Below, piece after piece: positions 35,250 to 49,240 of a stretch of 64,000 nt of DNA. A program made the position numbers and the translations under genes. Within the stretch, counting starts at the first letter, position 1. Each line of letters starts with the position of its first letter. The stretch is from Mobula hypostoma (Eukaryota): assembly GCF_963921235.1 (NCBI RefSeq), contig NC_086098.1:2852001-2916000 (forward strand). The letters are read 5' to 3'. The notes below the pieces were generated by a model. The model did not search any database. It saw only the letters and a program-made list of their open reading frames with translations, and was not told where the DNA came from.

Positions 35250-38065
35250 TAAGCAGACCATTTGCATATGTGCAAATGCAGGTACAAATACAGACAGAGC
35301 AAAGAGTTAAATTGTACCACAGAGACAAAATTAAAAAGGGTGAAGAATGCAGCACTGAAGGTGCTGTATTTAAATGTATGTAGCACTTGGAATAAGCTGG
35401 ACGAACTCATGGTGCAATTAGAAATGTATGACGTTGTGGGCATCACTGAGTCATGCCTCAAAGAAGGCCACAGTTGGGAGCTCAGCATGAAAGGATATGC
35501 TTGTATTGAAGGGACAGGCAGGAAGGCATAGACGGCAGTGTGGTTCTGTTGGTAAGAGATTGAATTACATCTTCAGAAAGAGGTTACAAAGGGTCAGAGA
35601 ATGTTGAATCTTTGAGGGTGGAGTTAAGAAACTGCAAAGATAAAATACAAACATCATGGGAATCATAGGCCTCCAAATAATACCCAAGATGTGGGGTTGA
35701 AGTTGCAAAGTGAGCTGGAAAAGGCATGCAAAAAGGCAATGACACAATTGTAATGTGGGACTTCAATATGCAAAGGGATTAGGAAATTCAGATTGGTGTC
35801 AGATCGCAAGAGAGGGAATTGCTAAATGCCCATGAGATGGCTTTTTAGAGCAACCTGTGCTTGATCCTAATCATGGAAAGGTTATCTTAAACTGGGTGTT
35901 GTGTAATAACCCAAATCTTATTAGGGCGCTTAATGTAAAGGAACCTTTAGGATGCAGTGATCATAATATGACTGAATTCATACTACAACTTAAGAGGGAG
36001 AAGCATAAGTCATATGTAGCAATATTGCAATGGAATAAAGGGAATTACAGAGGCATGACAGAGGAGCTTGTTCGGGTGAATTGGAGGAGGATACGAGTGG
36101 GGATGATGACAGAGCAGAGATGGCTGAAGTTTCTGGGAATAGTTCACAAGGCGCAGGATAGATATGTCCCACAGAAGAAGTTGTTCTCAAATGGTAGGGG
36201 TAGGCAACCGTAGCTAACAAGCGAAGTTAAGAACTGCATAAAAGCTAAGGAAAGGGCATATAAAATAGCAAACGGGAGCGGGAAGTTGGATGACTAGGAA
36301 GCTTTTAAAATAAGACAAAAGGCAACGAAACAAGTTATAAGAAGGGAAAAATTAAATATGAGGGTAAGCTAGCCAATAATATAAAGCAGGATATCAAATC
36401 TTTTTCAGTTATATAAAGAGTAAAAGGGAGGCGAAAGTTGATATTGGACCACTGGAAAAAAAATGCTGGTAAAGAGCAATGGGGGACAAAGAAATATTAG
36501 ATGAACTTAAAGAATACTTTGCATCTGTCTTCACTGTGGAAGATATTTGCAGTGTGCCAGAGGTCTGAGAGTGTCAGGGAGCAGGAGTGAGCACCATTGC
36601 TATTACAAAGGAAAACAGCTAGCAAACTCAACGGTCTTAAGGTGGATAAGTCACCTGGGCCAGATGGACTACATCCCAGAGTACTGAGAGAGGTTGCTGA
36701 GGAGATAATGGATTATCTCTTCATTGGTATTGGTCATGACCTTTCAAGAATGACTTTATTCTGGCACAGTCCTAGAGGACAGGAAAATTGCAAATATCAC
36801 TCCACCCTTTAAAAAGGGAGGAAAGCAAAAGAAAGGAAATGATAGGTCAGTTAGCCTCACCTCAGTGGTTGGGAAAGTGTTGGAGTCTATTATTAAGGAT
36901 GGGGTTTCAGGGTACTTGAAGAATAATGATAAAATAACTCAAAGCCAGCATGGTTTCTGTAAATGAAAATCTTGCCTGACAAATTTATTAGAGTTCTTTG
37001 AGGAAGTAATGCACAGGGTGGAGAAAGAAAAGGCAATGGAAGTTCTTTACTTGGGTTTCCAGAAGGCATTTGATAAGATGCCACATATTAACAACATAAA
37101 ATTCTATGGCATTATAGGAAAGATACTGGCATGGATAGAGGAATGGCTGACAAGCAAGAGACAGTGAGTGGGAATAAAGGGGGCCTTTTCTCGTTGGCTG
37201 CCAGTGACTACTGATGTTCCTTAGGGATCAGTATTGGAACCGTTACTTTTCACAATGTTTGTCAATGATCTAGATAACGGAACTGACGGCTTTGTGGCAA
37301 AGTTTGTGGATGGTACGAAGATAGGTGGAGGGGTAGGTAGTGCTGAGGAAGCAATGCGATTTCAGCAGGACAAATTGGAAGAATGGACAAAAAAGTGGCA
37401 TATGGAATACAGTTTTGGCATATGTATGATAATACATTTTGGGAAAAGGAACAATAGTGTGGACTATTATCTAAATGTGGAGAAGGTTCAAACATCAGAC
37501 GTGCAGAGGAATTTAAGAGTCTTCAAGCAAGATTCTCAGAAGGTTAATTTAGAGGTTGAAAGTGTGGTAGAGAAGGCAAATGCAATGTTAGCATGTATTT
37601 CAAAGGGAATAGAAAATAAAAGCAAGCAGATGCTGTCCCTTTATAAGACACTAGTTAGGCTGCACTTGGAGTATTGCCAACAGTTTTGGGCCCCATATCT
37701 CGGAAAAGATCTGTTTTCATTGGAGAGAATCCCATGGAGGTTCATGAGGAAGATTCCGGAAATGAAGAGGTTAACATATGAGGAGTGTTTGGCAGCTTTG
37801 GGCTTGTACTCACTGAAATTTAGAAGAATGTGGGGGGGATCTCATTGAAACTTAGTGAATGTTGAAAGGATAGTGTGGATGTGGAGAGAATGTTTCCTAT
37901 GGTGGGGGTATCCAGAATTAGAGGGCACAGCCTCAAAACTGAGGGATGGCCCTTCAGAACAGAGGTATAGAGTAATTCTTTTAGCCAGAGAGTAGTGAAT
38001 CTGTGGAATGCTCTGCCACAGACTGTGGTGGAGGCCAAGTCCATGAGTATATTTATGGCGGAACA
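35250..38065 (+). pseudogene. Near full-length but decayed CR1 ORF2
   Basis: LKVLYLN...YDVVGITES (APE start), SDHN, KSPGPDGLHPRVL, KFVDGTK, HLEYCQQFWAP; many stops and frameshifts. Confidence 0.93.
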
Positions 38066-38971
38066 TGGAATATTTACGGTATGAACATGGAATAAAATAG
38101 GCATAAATACATAAATACCAGCAAGTGTTTCAAAGTAAACTATAAAAAGTGGTTTAAGATGTGAAGTACAATGAGGTACAATAGATAGGGGTGGGTTACT
38201 AACTAGAATGGTTGATCAGATTAACTCCCTAGGGAAAGAAACTTTTAAGATGGTGTGAAGATTTTTTTGTTTTAATAACCCTATTGCACTTTCCAGAAGG
38301 GATCTTTTGAAAAAGCCATTTTGCGGGGTGGGTAGTTCTTTCCCTTATTCTTGTAGCCACTGGGTTGCGGAGTGTACAATAAATAAGTGAGACATATACT
38401 CTTCATTCCCCAAAATATCAGTTTGATGTAAAAGGGTTCAAATTACAACCACCAGTTAAACTAAGTTAGAAGAAAGTTTTATATTCACTAGATATGTTAT
38501 CTCAAAGACCACAGAATTAAACGATCATGCCTACATCAAAACAGACAGACAGACAGACAAGAAATAGAATAAACAAAGTTAAAACTGTATTTAAATCCAT
38601 AAGCCTGGAAATTAGTGCGAGCAATTTATAGTGAATGAGTGAATGACTTGATTAAAATAACAGTGCCAAGGACTTAATACAAAAGCACTAAATGTTTGCA
38701 GAATAATATTGTTACAGTAATTTCCAGGCTATGTTCTCACTTAATTAGAAAGAAAAGTAAATTAAATTAATTGAACTCTGGTCAACATAATTTGAGCAGA
38801 GTTGGAATTACAAATGCAAACAGGGCCACTGAGACTTGTTCAGTTTGACAACACATTTTGCAAATTTAAAGCAACTTATTTTTCTCTGTCTTACTTAAGA
38901 AAGCAATGTCAATGTCATTAATTATCGTGAGAAAAGAAGATAACTTTTGTATTATAATCTAAACAAAAATA

Positions 38972-39528
38972 CAATCGGTGGCCACTTCATTAGGTACACC
39001 AGATCACCTGCTCATTAATGCAAATATCTAATCATGTGGCAGCATCTCAATGCATAAAAACATGCAGACATGGTCAAGAAGGTCATTTGTTGTTCAGACT
39101 AAATATCCGAATGGGGAAGAAATGTGATCTAGGTGACTTTGACTATGGGATGATAATTGTTGATGCCCGACGAGGTGGTTTGAGTATCTCAGATATCCTA
39201 GGATTTTCATGCACAACAGTCTCTAAGGTTTACAGAGAATGGTGTGAAAAACAAAAAAAAATCCAGTGAGCAGCAGTTCTGTGGCAAAACCACTTTGTTA
39301 ATGAGAGAGGTCAGAGGTGAATGGCCAGACTGGTTCAAGCTGACAGGACAGCAACAGTAACTCAAATAACCACACATTACAACTGTGGTGTGCAGAAGAG
39401 CATCTTTGAACACACAACATGTCAAACCTTGAAGTGGATGGCTAAAACAGCTGAAGACAATGAAGGTATTGACCACTTTATTAAATACAGGAAGTACAGG
39501 GGATATCTTAAAAGGTGGTCACCGAGTG
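38972..39528 (+). mobile_element. Non-autonomous Tc1-like element with both TIRs
   Basis: MGKKCDLGDFDYGM..ARRGGLSIS..VYREWCEKQK; MARLVQADRTATVTQITTHYN; TA-flanked TIRs. Confidence 0.9.
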
Positions 39529-39789
39529 TATGTCAATGTTATTTGCTTATTGTGCGAAAAAAGATAACTTTTTATATTGAAATCTCAGCAAGTATATTTG
39601 GAGCTACATTTAAATATAAGATTGTCCCCTCTGTCAACAGAGTGTGTCTATCATTAAGAACAATGTATATCTATGGGCTGATTATTGGATTAACCAGCCA
39701 GTTGTTGCCTGAGTTTGTTGCTCTCATATTCTGCCAAGCCACTTCATGTGGAATTGGATCAACATTCTGCTCAAACTCTCAGTTCATCT

Positions 39790-39965
39790 TCCACTGCTCT
39801 CTTAAATTTAAACCATCTCAATCAAAAGATAACTGGTAGGTCAGCCTTTTTTGAACTACACTCCTAAATTGTGGAACTCAATACCTACAACTATAAGAGA
39901 TGCAGACTCAGTTGACACTTAAACATCAGCTCTAAATCTATTTATTTAACCTTGCTTTTAACTAA
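39790..39965 (+). mobile_element. L2-type LINE 3' remnant
   Basis: GRSAF..Y.PKLWNSIPTTIRDADSV.....LK.YLFNLAF-like translation. Confidence 0.6.
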
Positions 39966-42900
39966 CATCTTTTTCTCTTTTATTTCCATGTTTATTTTCA
40001 TATTTTTACTTTAAAATTACGCCACTTAGTTTCAATCTTTCAGCTTCTACTGTGCTAAAGGGAAGAATGGAGAAGATTTGCACACGGTAGCCACACTTTT
40101 TTATATAACTGAATCAGAACCAGAGTCAAAATCAAGTTTATCATCACAGTGAAATCTGTCAGTTGTAAAGCTATTCCATTTTAAATAATTAAACATAACA
40201 ATTAATACAAGTTTAAGCATTAATAAATAAAGTAAAATATTAGAATGAAGAAAGATATTCTGAATCAGATTTATTATCATTGATATAAGTTGTGATATAT
40301 AAAAATTACTATAAGTTACAATAAGACATGTAAAAAAATAAATAAGTAGTGTTAAGAGAGAGCAAAAGTGATTTAGTATTCATAGATTCATTGCCTGTTC
40401 AGAAGATAGACAGAAAGAATTTGTTCCTAAGATGTTGAGAAGGTGTGTGTTTGTCTTCTTCTTCTTCATCTTCATCAATCAACCTCATTGTTATTGAAAG
40501 GTGATGCAAACCAACAATGTGATTTGCGGATGAAAAATTACCTACGTCAATCAGGTTGCAACACCCTCCTTTATGCTTATTACTGAATAATAAGTCCAAA
40601 GACTTACTGGTTATATGGTTGAGGGGTAATAACTATTCCTGAACCTGACATACCAAGGTGCAGTAAAGATCATGTCTTGCATACTGTTCCTACAGATCAA
40701 ACACAGTACATTGAGGTAGAACAAGATAAAACAATAACAGTGCAGAATAAAGCTACAAATAAAGTACAGTGCAGGTTGACAATCAGGTGCATGATCACAA
40801 TGAGATAAATTGGGAGGTCAAGTGCCTACTAGGGAACCATTCAAAAGTCTCCTAATAGTGGGGTGGTAGAATCAATGATACATTCCTGCTCCTTAGTGAT
40901 ACATTCCTGCTCCAGGGTAGATTCATTATAACTGAGTTAAGAAATGTACTTCAAAAATTGCCCAACTATGCGTTGCCAGGCAAAGGTTTGATAAATTACC
41001 TGTAGATACTATGACCAGTGCATTGAACATGCCAAACAAATCATTGAATGAAAATAAACACACAATATAAATAACAAACTAAAATAAAATCTTACTTATG
41101 TTCACACTTTGTATCAACTTTGTTTTCCATTATAAATTCCAATTTCCATTTTTATGGGGAAGAGTCAATGTGAATACGTCGCCCTGTGATTACAACGTCT
41201 TGACACTGAAGATGCTACACCATCGATTTCAGAAGTGGAATTACAGAACGATACCTTCCATTGTGTATATGGACTGAGAAAATCATAATGAAAGTATAGA
41301 AATAAGGACAGAATGCATTACATTAATATGGGGACTGAATTGCTTTTATGCTGGATGCATTATTTCCCACCTTTAACTCTAGCTACCAAATGAAAATGAC
41401 ACATGTTTTGATTCCCCATTCATATCGCCCCGGGACCAGCAACTGGTGGATATATATATATTTTTTTAAGTTGAAATATTAGAAGTGTAGCAATTTCTGA
41501 CCAAACTAACAATACATTTCCAACATTCTGTGTAAGTGAAAAACGCAGCTCACAAAACTACCAGATGTACACTTTGTGGCCACTTTATTAGGTCCACCTG
41601 CTTGTTAATGCAAATATTGAATCAGACAATCGTGTGGCAGCAACTCAATGCATTAAAGCATGCAGACATGGTCAGGAGGTTCAGTGATTTTTACTTTGCT
41701 CATTATGTTTTTTTTGCACATTGGTTGTCTGCTAGTCTCCGTTTCTGGAAAGCTTTTATACATTCTGTTGTATTTCTTAATTTTCCTGTAAATGCCTTGA
41801 AGAAAATGAATCTCAAAGTACTTGGTGACATATACATATTGAGCACAATTACACAGAGCACTGTTGCAGGAAAGCAGCATCCATCATCTGGAACAGCCAT
41901 CACCCAGGTTATGCTCTCTTCTTGCTGTTGCCATCGGGAAGGAGGTGCAGGAGCCTCAGGACTCACACAACTAGGTTCAGGAACAGTTATTATCCATCAA
42001 CTATCTGGCTTTTGAATCAGCGAGGATAACTTCACTCAATTTCACTTCCCCCATCACTGAACTGTTCCCACAATGTATGGACTCACTTTCCAGGACTCTT
42101 TATTTCATGTTCTCGATATTTATTGCTTATTTACTGTATATTATTATTATTATTATTATTATTATTTTCTCTTCTGTATTTGCACAATTTGTTATCTTTT
42201 GCATTGGTTGTTGTCCACTCTGTTGGGTGCAGTCTTTCATTGATTTTATTATGTTTCTTGAATGCCCACAGGAAAATGAATCTTAGTCTTGCATATGGAG
42301 GCATATATTTATTTTGATAATAAATTTACTTTGAACTTTGAATGGAATTGATGTGCAACCCATTTAGACTCCAGTAAAATAAAACACAGAAGATATTTTG
42401 CAGGAACTGCTGTGTTTTGTATTAATGAGCCATTTTAATTATTCCATTGGGTTTAATTTTTTTCAATTACAACTATTGTTATTTTGAACTACTGAATACA
42501 AAGTAAATCTGGCCACTGTTTAGTTAGCTGTCCATTAACTGTGTGATGGAGCGTATTGGATCTAATTTTATAAATTGTCACATGAAAGTGAATGACATTA
42601 ATTTTAAAAAAGAATACTTGCCCTGTGTGTCAGAATGATTTTGTAAGGAACAGCAATATTAGAACTCAAAGCATCCAACCAGCTCACGCGTCTAGCACTG
42701 CAGAAAATAGATCTGTTATTTTTGTCCAGTCGTTCTTGGAGCTGAATAATATTAGTAATGGGAAGTCAATACATACCTGGCTTTCAAAAGGATTGCTCAT
42801 TGTTGTGAGGTCAAGAGTTCATTTTGCAAAAAGAGGGGAAAAGTTGTGCAGTCGTGTTCATGAGTTGGTCCATCAGGTTTCTGAATGGACAATGAACCAT

Positions 42901-42967
42901 CCCATCAACACCACCTCACTACTTTTTGGTTTTGGCTCTCTTTTTGCTCTAGTTATTTAATTTATAA

Positions 42968-43350
42968 GAACTGACAGTTCCTTGGGAAGATCAGATTGAG
43001 GAAGGGTTTGAGTGAAAGAAAGCCAAATCCCTGGAGCTGGTAGAGCACGACATTAGCCATAGAGGTGGGCAGCAGAGGTTTTGCTGGCTGCTTGCTGGGC
43101 AGAACCTACTTTGACATTGGCATTATAGGGGCTGCAAAGAGAACAGCCATCAGGTCTGTCACAGAGGCTGCCGAGTGAGCCTGCAGATGGCTATAGATCA
43201 AGTAGTGTGGCCTGTGGACCAATGTTGTCAGGACACAAGCCAGGACCTCATCAACCCAGCCTGGGTCGCCTGGGTGAGAGTGTCTGATGTTGAAAGGCCT
43301 TCAACACCAAAAGAACCCAGGTTACATCACTGATGATGTGTCCCAGTGCA
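42968..43350 (+). mobile_element. Hero-clade (restriction-like endonuclease) LINE 3' remnant
   Basis: ELTVPWEDQIEEGFE*KKAK; IEVGSRGFAG; GAAKRTAIRSVTEAAE*ACRWL; 3' end TTACATCACTGATGATGTGTCC. Confidence 0.75.
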
Positions 43351-44009
43351 TACTTTGGAACTACTCATTACAACATCCAGGATAGAAGCTGCCCTTGAGC
43401 TTGTCTTAAATACTTTCTGCCTAAGGGAAGAGGGGAGAGAAAGTCCATGGTGGGAGGGGTCTTTGATTACATGGGCTGCTTTACTGAAGTATGAGAAGTG
43501 TGAAGTCCGTAGAGTGGAGGCTAGTTTCCATGGCGTGCTGAGCTGTGTCCATAATTCTGCCAGACCTTGCAGTCACGGGCAAAGCAGTTGCCATACAAAG
43601 ACATGATACATCTAAGTCGCATGCTTTCTACGGTGCATCAATAAAAATTGGTGAGGGCTGATGCTAATATATACTTCCTATCATCATTGGGAATTCTTGT
43701 GCACAACATTTGGGCATGAGATATTCATCTTGGTGGGACACCAATGGCAATTTTTGTCATGTGTTCCTATGGTCACATACAATGTGGGTCTATGGGATTT
43801 ATTTTTATTTAGAGATACAGCACAGTAACAGGCTCTTCAAGCCCAATGAGCCCACACTTCCCATTTATACCCATCTGAACAATTAACCCACACATTTTGA
43901 CAGGACCACCCGAAGGAAAGCCACACAGGCAACAGTGTCTTTACAGCCAACAGTGGGAGCTGAACCCAGGTCACGGGCCGTGTAAAGCATTCCTCCATTG
44001 AGAAATCAT

Positions 44010-44282
44010 AGCAGCGTCGTGGTTTGTATGACACTATTACAGCTCCAGGAGTCAGAGTTTAGAGTTCAATTCCAGCATCCTCGTTAACAAGTTGGTATGT
44101 TCCTTCCTGTGGTTTCCATGGGCGGGGGGGAAGAGTTTCCTCCCACATTCCAGCGGGTGAATTGGTCACTGCGAATCATCCTGTGATCAGGCTAGGGTTA
44201 AATAGGTGGGTTGCTGGGCAGTGCGGCTTAGTAATGTAGAAGGGCAGGTTACCCACTGTATCTCAAAGTAAATAAATAAAAG
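44010..44282 (+). mobile_element. V-SINE/HE1-like SINE
   Basis: GAGTTCAATTCC B-box, TTTCCTCCCACATTCC, (AAAT)n tail. Confidence 0.65.
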
Positions 44283-44804
44283 GAACACATTTCATATTTA
44301 CCTCATTGGCTGTGACATCCTGAGCTTAGGAAAGATGTTCTGTAAATGCAAGCTTGATTTATTTTTGGTGCCACAAGCCAAAAACAACCAGGAAAATGAG
44401 ATATCAGGGAGTGCTGGTGAATAGTTTCCCAAAATCTACAGGATGCAGTAGTCGATTACACTTTTTGTCTGAAACGTCGACTGTACTTTTTTCTATAGAT
44501 GCTGCCTGGCCTACTGAGTTCCTCCAGCATTTTGTTTCTGTTGCTTGGATTTCCAGCATCTGCAGATTTTCTTTCATTTGTGTTGAGGGTGTAGTAGTGT
44601 TGCTGTTAAAAACTCATCTGGTTGACTAAACCTTTCAGTGATCCTTATCTCATTTAACCTATACTGTATGTGAATTGCAGACCCAGTATTGTTGCTCCTT
44701 AAGTGCTCTGTAAGATGTATAAGAAGTCATTCAGTTGCACCTTAGGCATGAGACATAGGGGCAGAATAAAGCCATTCTGCCTAATTCTGCCTAAATAAAA
44801 TATG

Positions 44805-45600
44805 TTTGGAAGAGTGCAGAGAAAATTTACAAGGACGTTGTTGTGATTTGAGAACCTGAGTTATAGCGAAAAGTTGAATAAATTAGATACAAAATTATGA
44901 CAGTTGAATACAAAATTATGAGAGGCATAGAGGGTAAGTGCAAACAGACTTTTTCCACTGAGTTTGGGTGGGACTACAAGCAGAGGTCATAGGTTAAGGG
45001 TGAAAGATGAAATGCTTCAGGGGAACATGAGGGGAATCTTCTTCATTCAGAGGGTGGTGAGAGTGTGGAATGAGCTGCCAGTTGAAGAGGTGGATGTTGG
45101 TTTAGTTTCAATATTTAAGAGAAATTTGAATAGGTACATGGATAGGAAGAGTATGGAGGGCTGTGGACCAGGCGCAGGTCGATGGCACGAGGCAGGTTAG
45201 TAGTTTACCATGGACTAGAAAGGCAATCTATGTTACTGCACCGTAGTGTTCTATGACTCTATAACTCTATGGCAAGTCTGCACCGCCGTTTCATCTTGGC
45301 TGATTTATTATCCCTCTTAATCCCGTTCTCCTGCCTTCTCCCCACAACCTTTCACACCCAAACTAATAAAGATCCGATTAACTTCCACTTTAAATACATC
45401 CAATAACTCAGCTTCCACAGCTGTCAATGGCAAAGAATTTCACAGATTCACCACCCCCTGGAGAAAGAAATTTCTCCCATTTCTGTTCCTAAGGGGATGT
45501 CCTTCTATTCTGAGGCTGTATCCTCTGGTCTGACTATAGGAAACACCCTCTCCATCTCCATTCTATTGAATGTTTTTAATACTTAATAGGTTTCAATAAC
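44805..45600. mobile_element. Two old CR1 3' fragments, tail to tail
   Basis: RGHRLRV..FFIQRVVRVWNELP on +; CACAGATTCACCACCCCCTGG block on -. Confidence 0.75.
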
Positions 45601-46389
45601 TCCAAACTCTATGTCTTTGGATCACTGGGAGGAGGGAAGTGGAGCACCCAGAGAAAGCATACAGCAGAAAACATACCCTTACAGACAGTGGCGAGAATTG
45701 TACCCCAGTCTCCAGCACTGTAAATGTTTTGCTAACCATTACATTAAGCTGAGATAAAGAGTAAAGCAGGACAAGACCACCAGTCATAAAGCCTGAAGCT
45801 AATTTAGACACAATAATGCATCTCCCAGCCAACACTTCTATCACAAGCATCTCTGGACTGGCATCTGAATTGGAAAAGCTGTCCCACAGACCTGTCTTAA
45901 TTGGAAAACTTGTCCCATGGACCAATGAAGCAACTGGACCATCTCAGGACTGATGTCTTAATCGGGAAAGCTGTCCCACAGACCAGTGAGGCAACAGCAA
46001 GACAGGAATTTTGACACAGTCATCCTTAAGGAAGCAAATCTCACAATGTCCTGGACTCCTATGTCACTGTTTGGGATCATTCTTGATTAATGACATCATG
46101 GATGGTATAATCATGGATAACTAAAGTGAGAACCAGTCTTCAGGAATTAAAACCTGTACACAATATAATGTCCAACTGCAACACACACAAAATGTATGAA
46201 CTCAGCATGTCAGGCAGCTTTTATGGAAATAAGAAAACAGTCAATGTTTTGAGCCAAAATTCTTCTTCATTGTGGCTAGTGAAACCAATGATTTGGTGTA
46301 GCACATTTGAATACTGTCCCATTGAAACTGCACAGGGGAAGACAATTAGTGAATGTTCCTGCAATTAGCTCATTGATAAATTCTGATTT

Positions 46390-46913
46390 GATGGAGACAG
46401 ACGTGAAAGCACAGAGGAACATCTGGAAAAATTTCTGAACCGCTCGTTCACTGCTGTCGTTACTGCGCGGTTGGGAATCTTTCGGAGGGAAGGCCTCAAA
46501 ATCCCCGGCTTTGCCTGCCATTGGCAAGTGAGATGGAGGTCGAATCATTCGGATAGAGATGGCGCTCAGTACTTGGTGTCGCAGAGCTGATCAGAGCTCG
46601 AAGTTTTCGGATGACTCAGAGTCGGACCGTGGTCGGGTATGGCAGGGAGAGTTTGTCTTCCTTCTCCCGTCTGCGTGAGCTGTGGGACATTTGAGAGGCT
46701 TTGAACTTTACTGTGCTCATGGACTTCTTCATCAAGTTATGGTATTGTTGCACTGTTGTAACTATATGTTATAATTATGTGGTTTTGTTAGTTTTTTTCA
46801 GACTTGGTCTGTCCTGTGTTTTGTGATATCACACTGGAGGAAATATTGTATCATTTCTTAATGCATGCATTACTAAATGACAATAAAAGAGGACTGCGTG
46901 TCTTCATAATCTA
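46390..46913 (+). repeat. Unclassified CpG-retaining interspersed repeat
   Basis: 3' part matches 13445-13690 inverted; AATAAA near the end. Confidence 0.65.
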
Positions 46914-47134
46914 AAGTTGTACCTCCGTCATTTAATAAACAGTTCAGGATGAATCTGGTTAGCTATCTATTCATGAAGCCATCCTTCAACACTAGTATAT
47001 TTTAGGTGTTTGGAGTTTGTACTCAGAGGCCTTTGGAATGAATAATAGTGTTAAATATTCAAAATCATTAGGTGTTCTGCTCATTGGGATGTGCTACCAT
47101 TGTAAATATGAAATCCCGTAATTTTACCTGACTA

Positions 47135-47590
47135 CACTCAGTGGCTATTTATTAGGTACACCTATACTCCTGCTCGTTAATCCAGATATCTAATCAGCCA
47201 GTCATGTGGCTGCAATTCAATGCCGTCATGGTCAAGAGGTTCAGATGTGATTCAGACTAAACTATGGAAATGAATAAACAATCGACATTTTGGGTTGAGA
47301 TCTTCTTTTAGGTCTCCAGAGTCTCTACATCAAACGAGCAACAGTTCTGAGAACAAAAATGACTTATTAATGAGAGAGGTCAGAGGAGAACGGCCGGACT
47401 GGTTCAAGCTGACAGGAAGGCAACAGGAACTCAAATAACCATGCATTACAACAGGGGTGTGCAGAAGAGCGTGGCTGAATACACATTTGAATCCTCAAGT
47501 GGATGGCTACAGCAGCAAAAGTTCACAAACATACACTCAGAGACCAGGTTATTGGGTACAGGAGGCACAGAATAAAGTGGCCTCTGAGCT
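47135..47590 (+). mobile_element. Non-autonomous Tc1-like element, rearranged
   Basis: TA|CACTCAGTGGCTATTTTATTAGGTACAC; GGTTCAAGCTGACAGGAAGGCAAC; terminal TIR hairpin. Confidence 0.8.
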
Positions 47591-48319
47591 TATATCCCAA
47601 ATATTAAAGTAGGTGGAAATTCCTCAGAATGGGACCAGGCCTGGGAGAAGCTCTTTCCACACATAGAAAGAGCTAAAAGCATGCAAAAGTACAGTATAAT
47701 CATTCTCAATAATGCCAGATTTCACACTTAAGATCAGTGCCACCCTCACATCAAAAATTATAGCAATTTAAATTATGTTCTATTCAGTTCAATCACCTGG
47801 CCTGTCTTCTTATGTTGTAATTACTTTTTAATAAAATCAGGTGTGATTAGAATCTTCAGCACTGCAAATCAGCTCAATTGTTGCCTGTGTACGTCCTGAG
47901 GATTAAGTTAGTGGATGTGTTCTGAATGTCAGGACAGATCCACTTATTTTTAATTATTATGTAAACAGTATTGACTCAAACTTGGAAACATGTCTTGTTG
48001 ATTTCTTCTGAGGTTACAAAGGTCAATAAATTAGAATTACCCTGACATACAACCTTGACATAGGGAAGGGTTTAGTGAACAATCAGCCCTCATCTGGCTA
48101 TGGAAAGAGGTGACCCCAAAATAACACCATGAGACCAGAAGATATAGGAGCAGAATTAGGCCATTTCATCATGGCTGATCCATATTCCCTCTCGGCCCCA
48201 GTCTCCTGCCTTCTCCCTGTGCCCCCTCATGCCCTGATTGATCAACCTCTGCCTTAAATATATACAATAACTTGTCCTCCAAGTAGCTTGTGGTAAAGAA
48301 TTTCACAGATTCTCCACTG

Positions 48320-49240
48320 TGACTGTGTGGCTAGGCATAGCTCAAATACCATCTATAAATCCGCTGACAATACAACCATTGTTGGTAGAATCTCAGGTGG
48401 TGACAAGAAGGCATACAAGAGTGAGATATGCCAAATAGTGAATTGGTGCCGCAGTAACAACCTGGCACTCAATGTCAGTAAGACAAAAGAGCTGATTGTG
48501 GACTTTCGGAAGGGTAAGGCGAAAAACCACACACCAATCCTCATAGAGAGATCAGAAGTGAAGAGAGTGAACAGCTTCAAGCTCCTGAGTGTCAAGATCT
48601 CTAAGGATCTAACCTGGTCCCAACAAGGTGATGCAATTATAAAAAAGGCCTGACAGTGGCTATACTTTATTAGGAGTTTGAAGAGATTTGGCATGTCAAC
48701 AAATACACTCAAAAACCCCTATAGTTGTACCATAGAGAGCATTCTGACAGGCTGCATCACTGTCTGGTATGGAGGGGCTACTGCACAGGACCGAAAGAAG
48801 CTGCAGAAGGTTGTAAACCTAGTCAGCTCTATCTTGGGTACTAGCCTACAAAGTACCCAGGGCATCTTCAGGGAGCAGTGGCTCAGAAAGGTAGTGTCCA
48901 CTATTAAGGATCTCCAGCATCCAGGGCATGCCCTTTTCTCACTGTTACCATCAGGTAGGAGGTACAGAAGCCTGAAGGCACACACTCAGTGATTCAGGAA
49001 CAGCTTCTTCCCCTCTGCCATCCAATTCCTAAATGAACATTGGATCCTTGGACACTACCTCACTTTTTTAATATATAGAATTACCATTTTTTTGCACATT
49101 TTTGTTTAATCTATTCAATATACGTATACTGTAATTGATTAACTTGTTTATTTTTTTTCTCTTCTAGATTATGTATTGCATTGAACTGCTGCTGCTAAGT
49201 TAACAAATTTCATGTCACATGTCGGTGATAATAAATCTGA
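48320..49240 (+). mobile_element. Rex1/Babar LINE 3' portion
   Basis: IYKSADNTTIVG (decayed FADD), WCRSNNLALNVSKTKELIVDFRK, ESILTGCITVWYG, LLPSGRRYRSL. Confidence 0.9.

Noticed and set aside
34200..38065. Head-to-head CR1 segments as a second twin-priming inversion
   Set aside because: The + copy contains its own RT and 3' region, overlapping the - copy in element coordinates, so these are two independent insertions.
41170..41290. CpG-containing stretch, possible exon
   Set aside because: Short open frames, weak donor and no recognisable homology.
45868..45995. Imperfect local repeats (GGAAAAGCTGTCCCACAGACC)
   Set aside because: Small degenerate duplication with no further structure.
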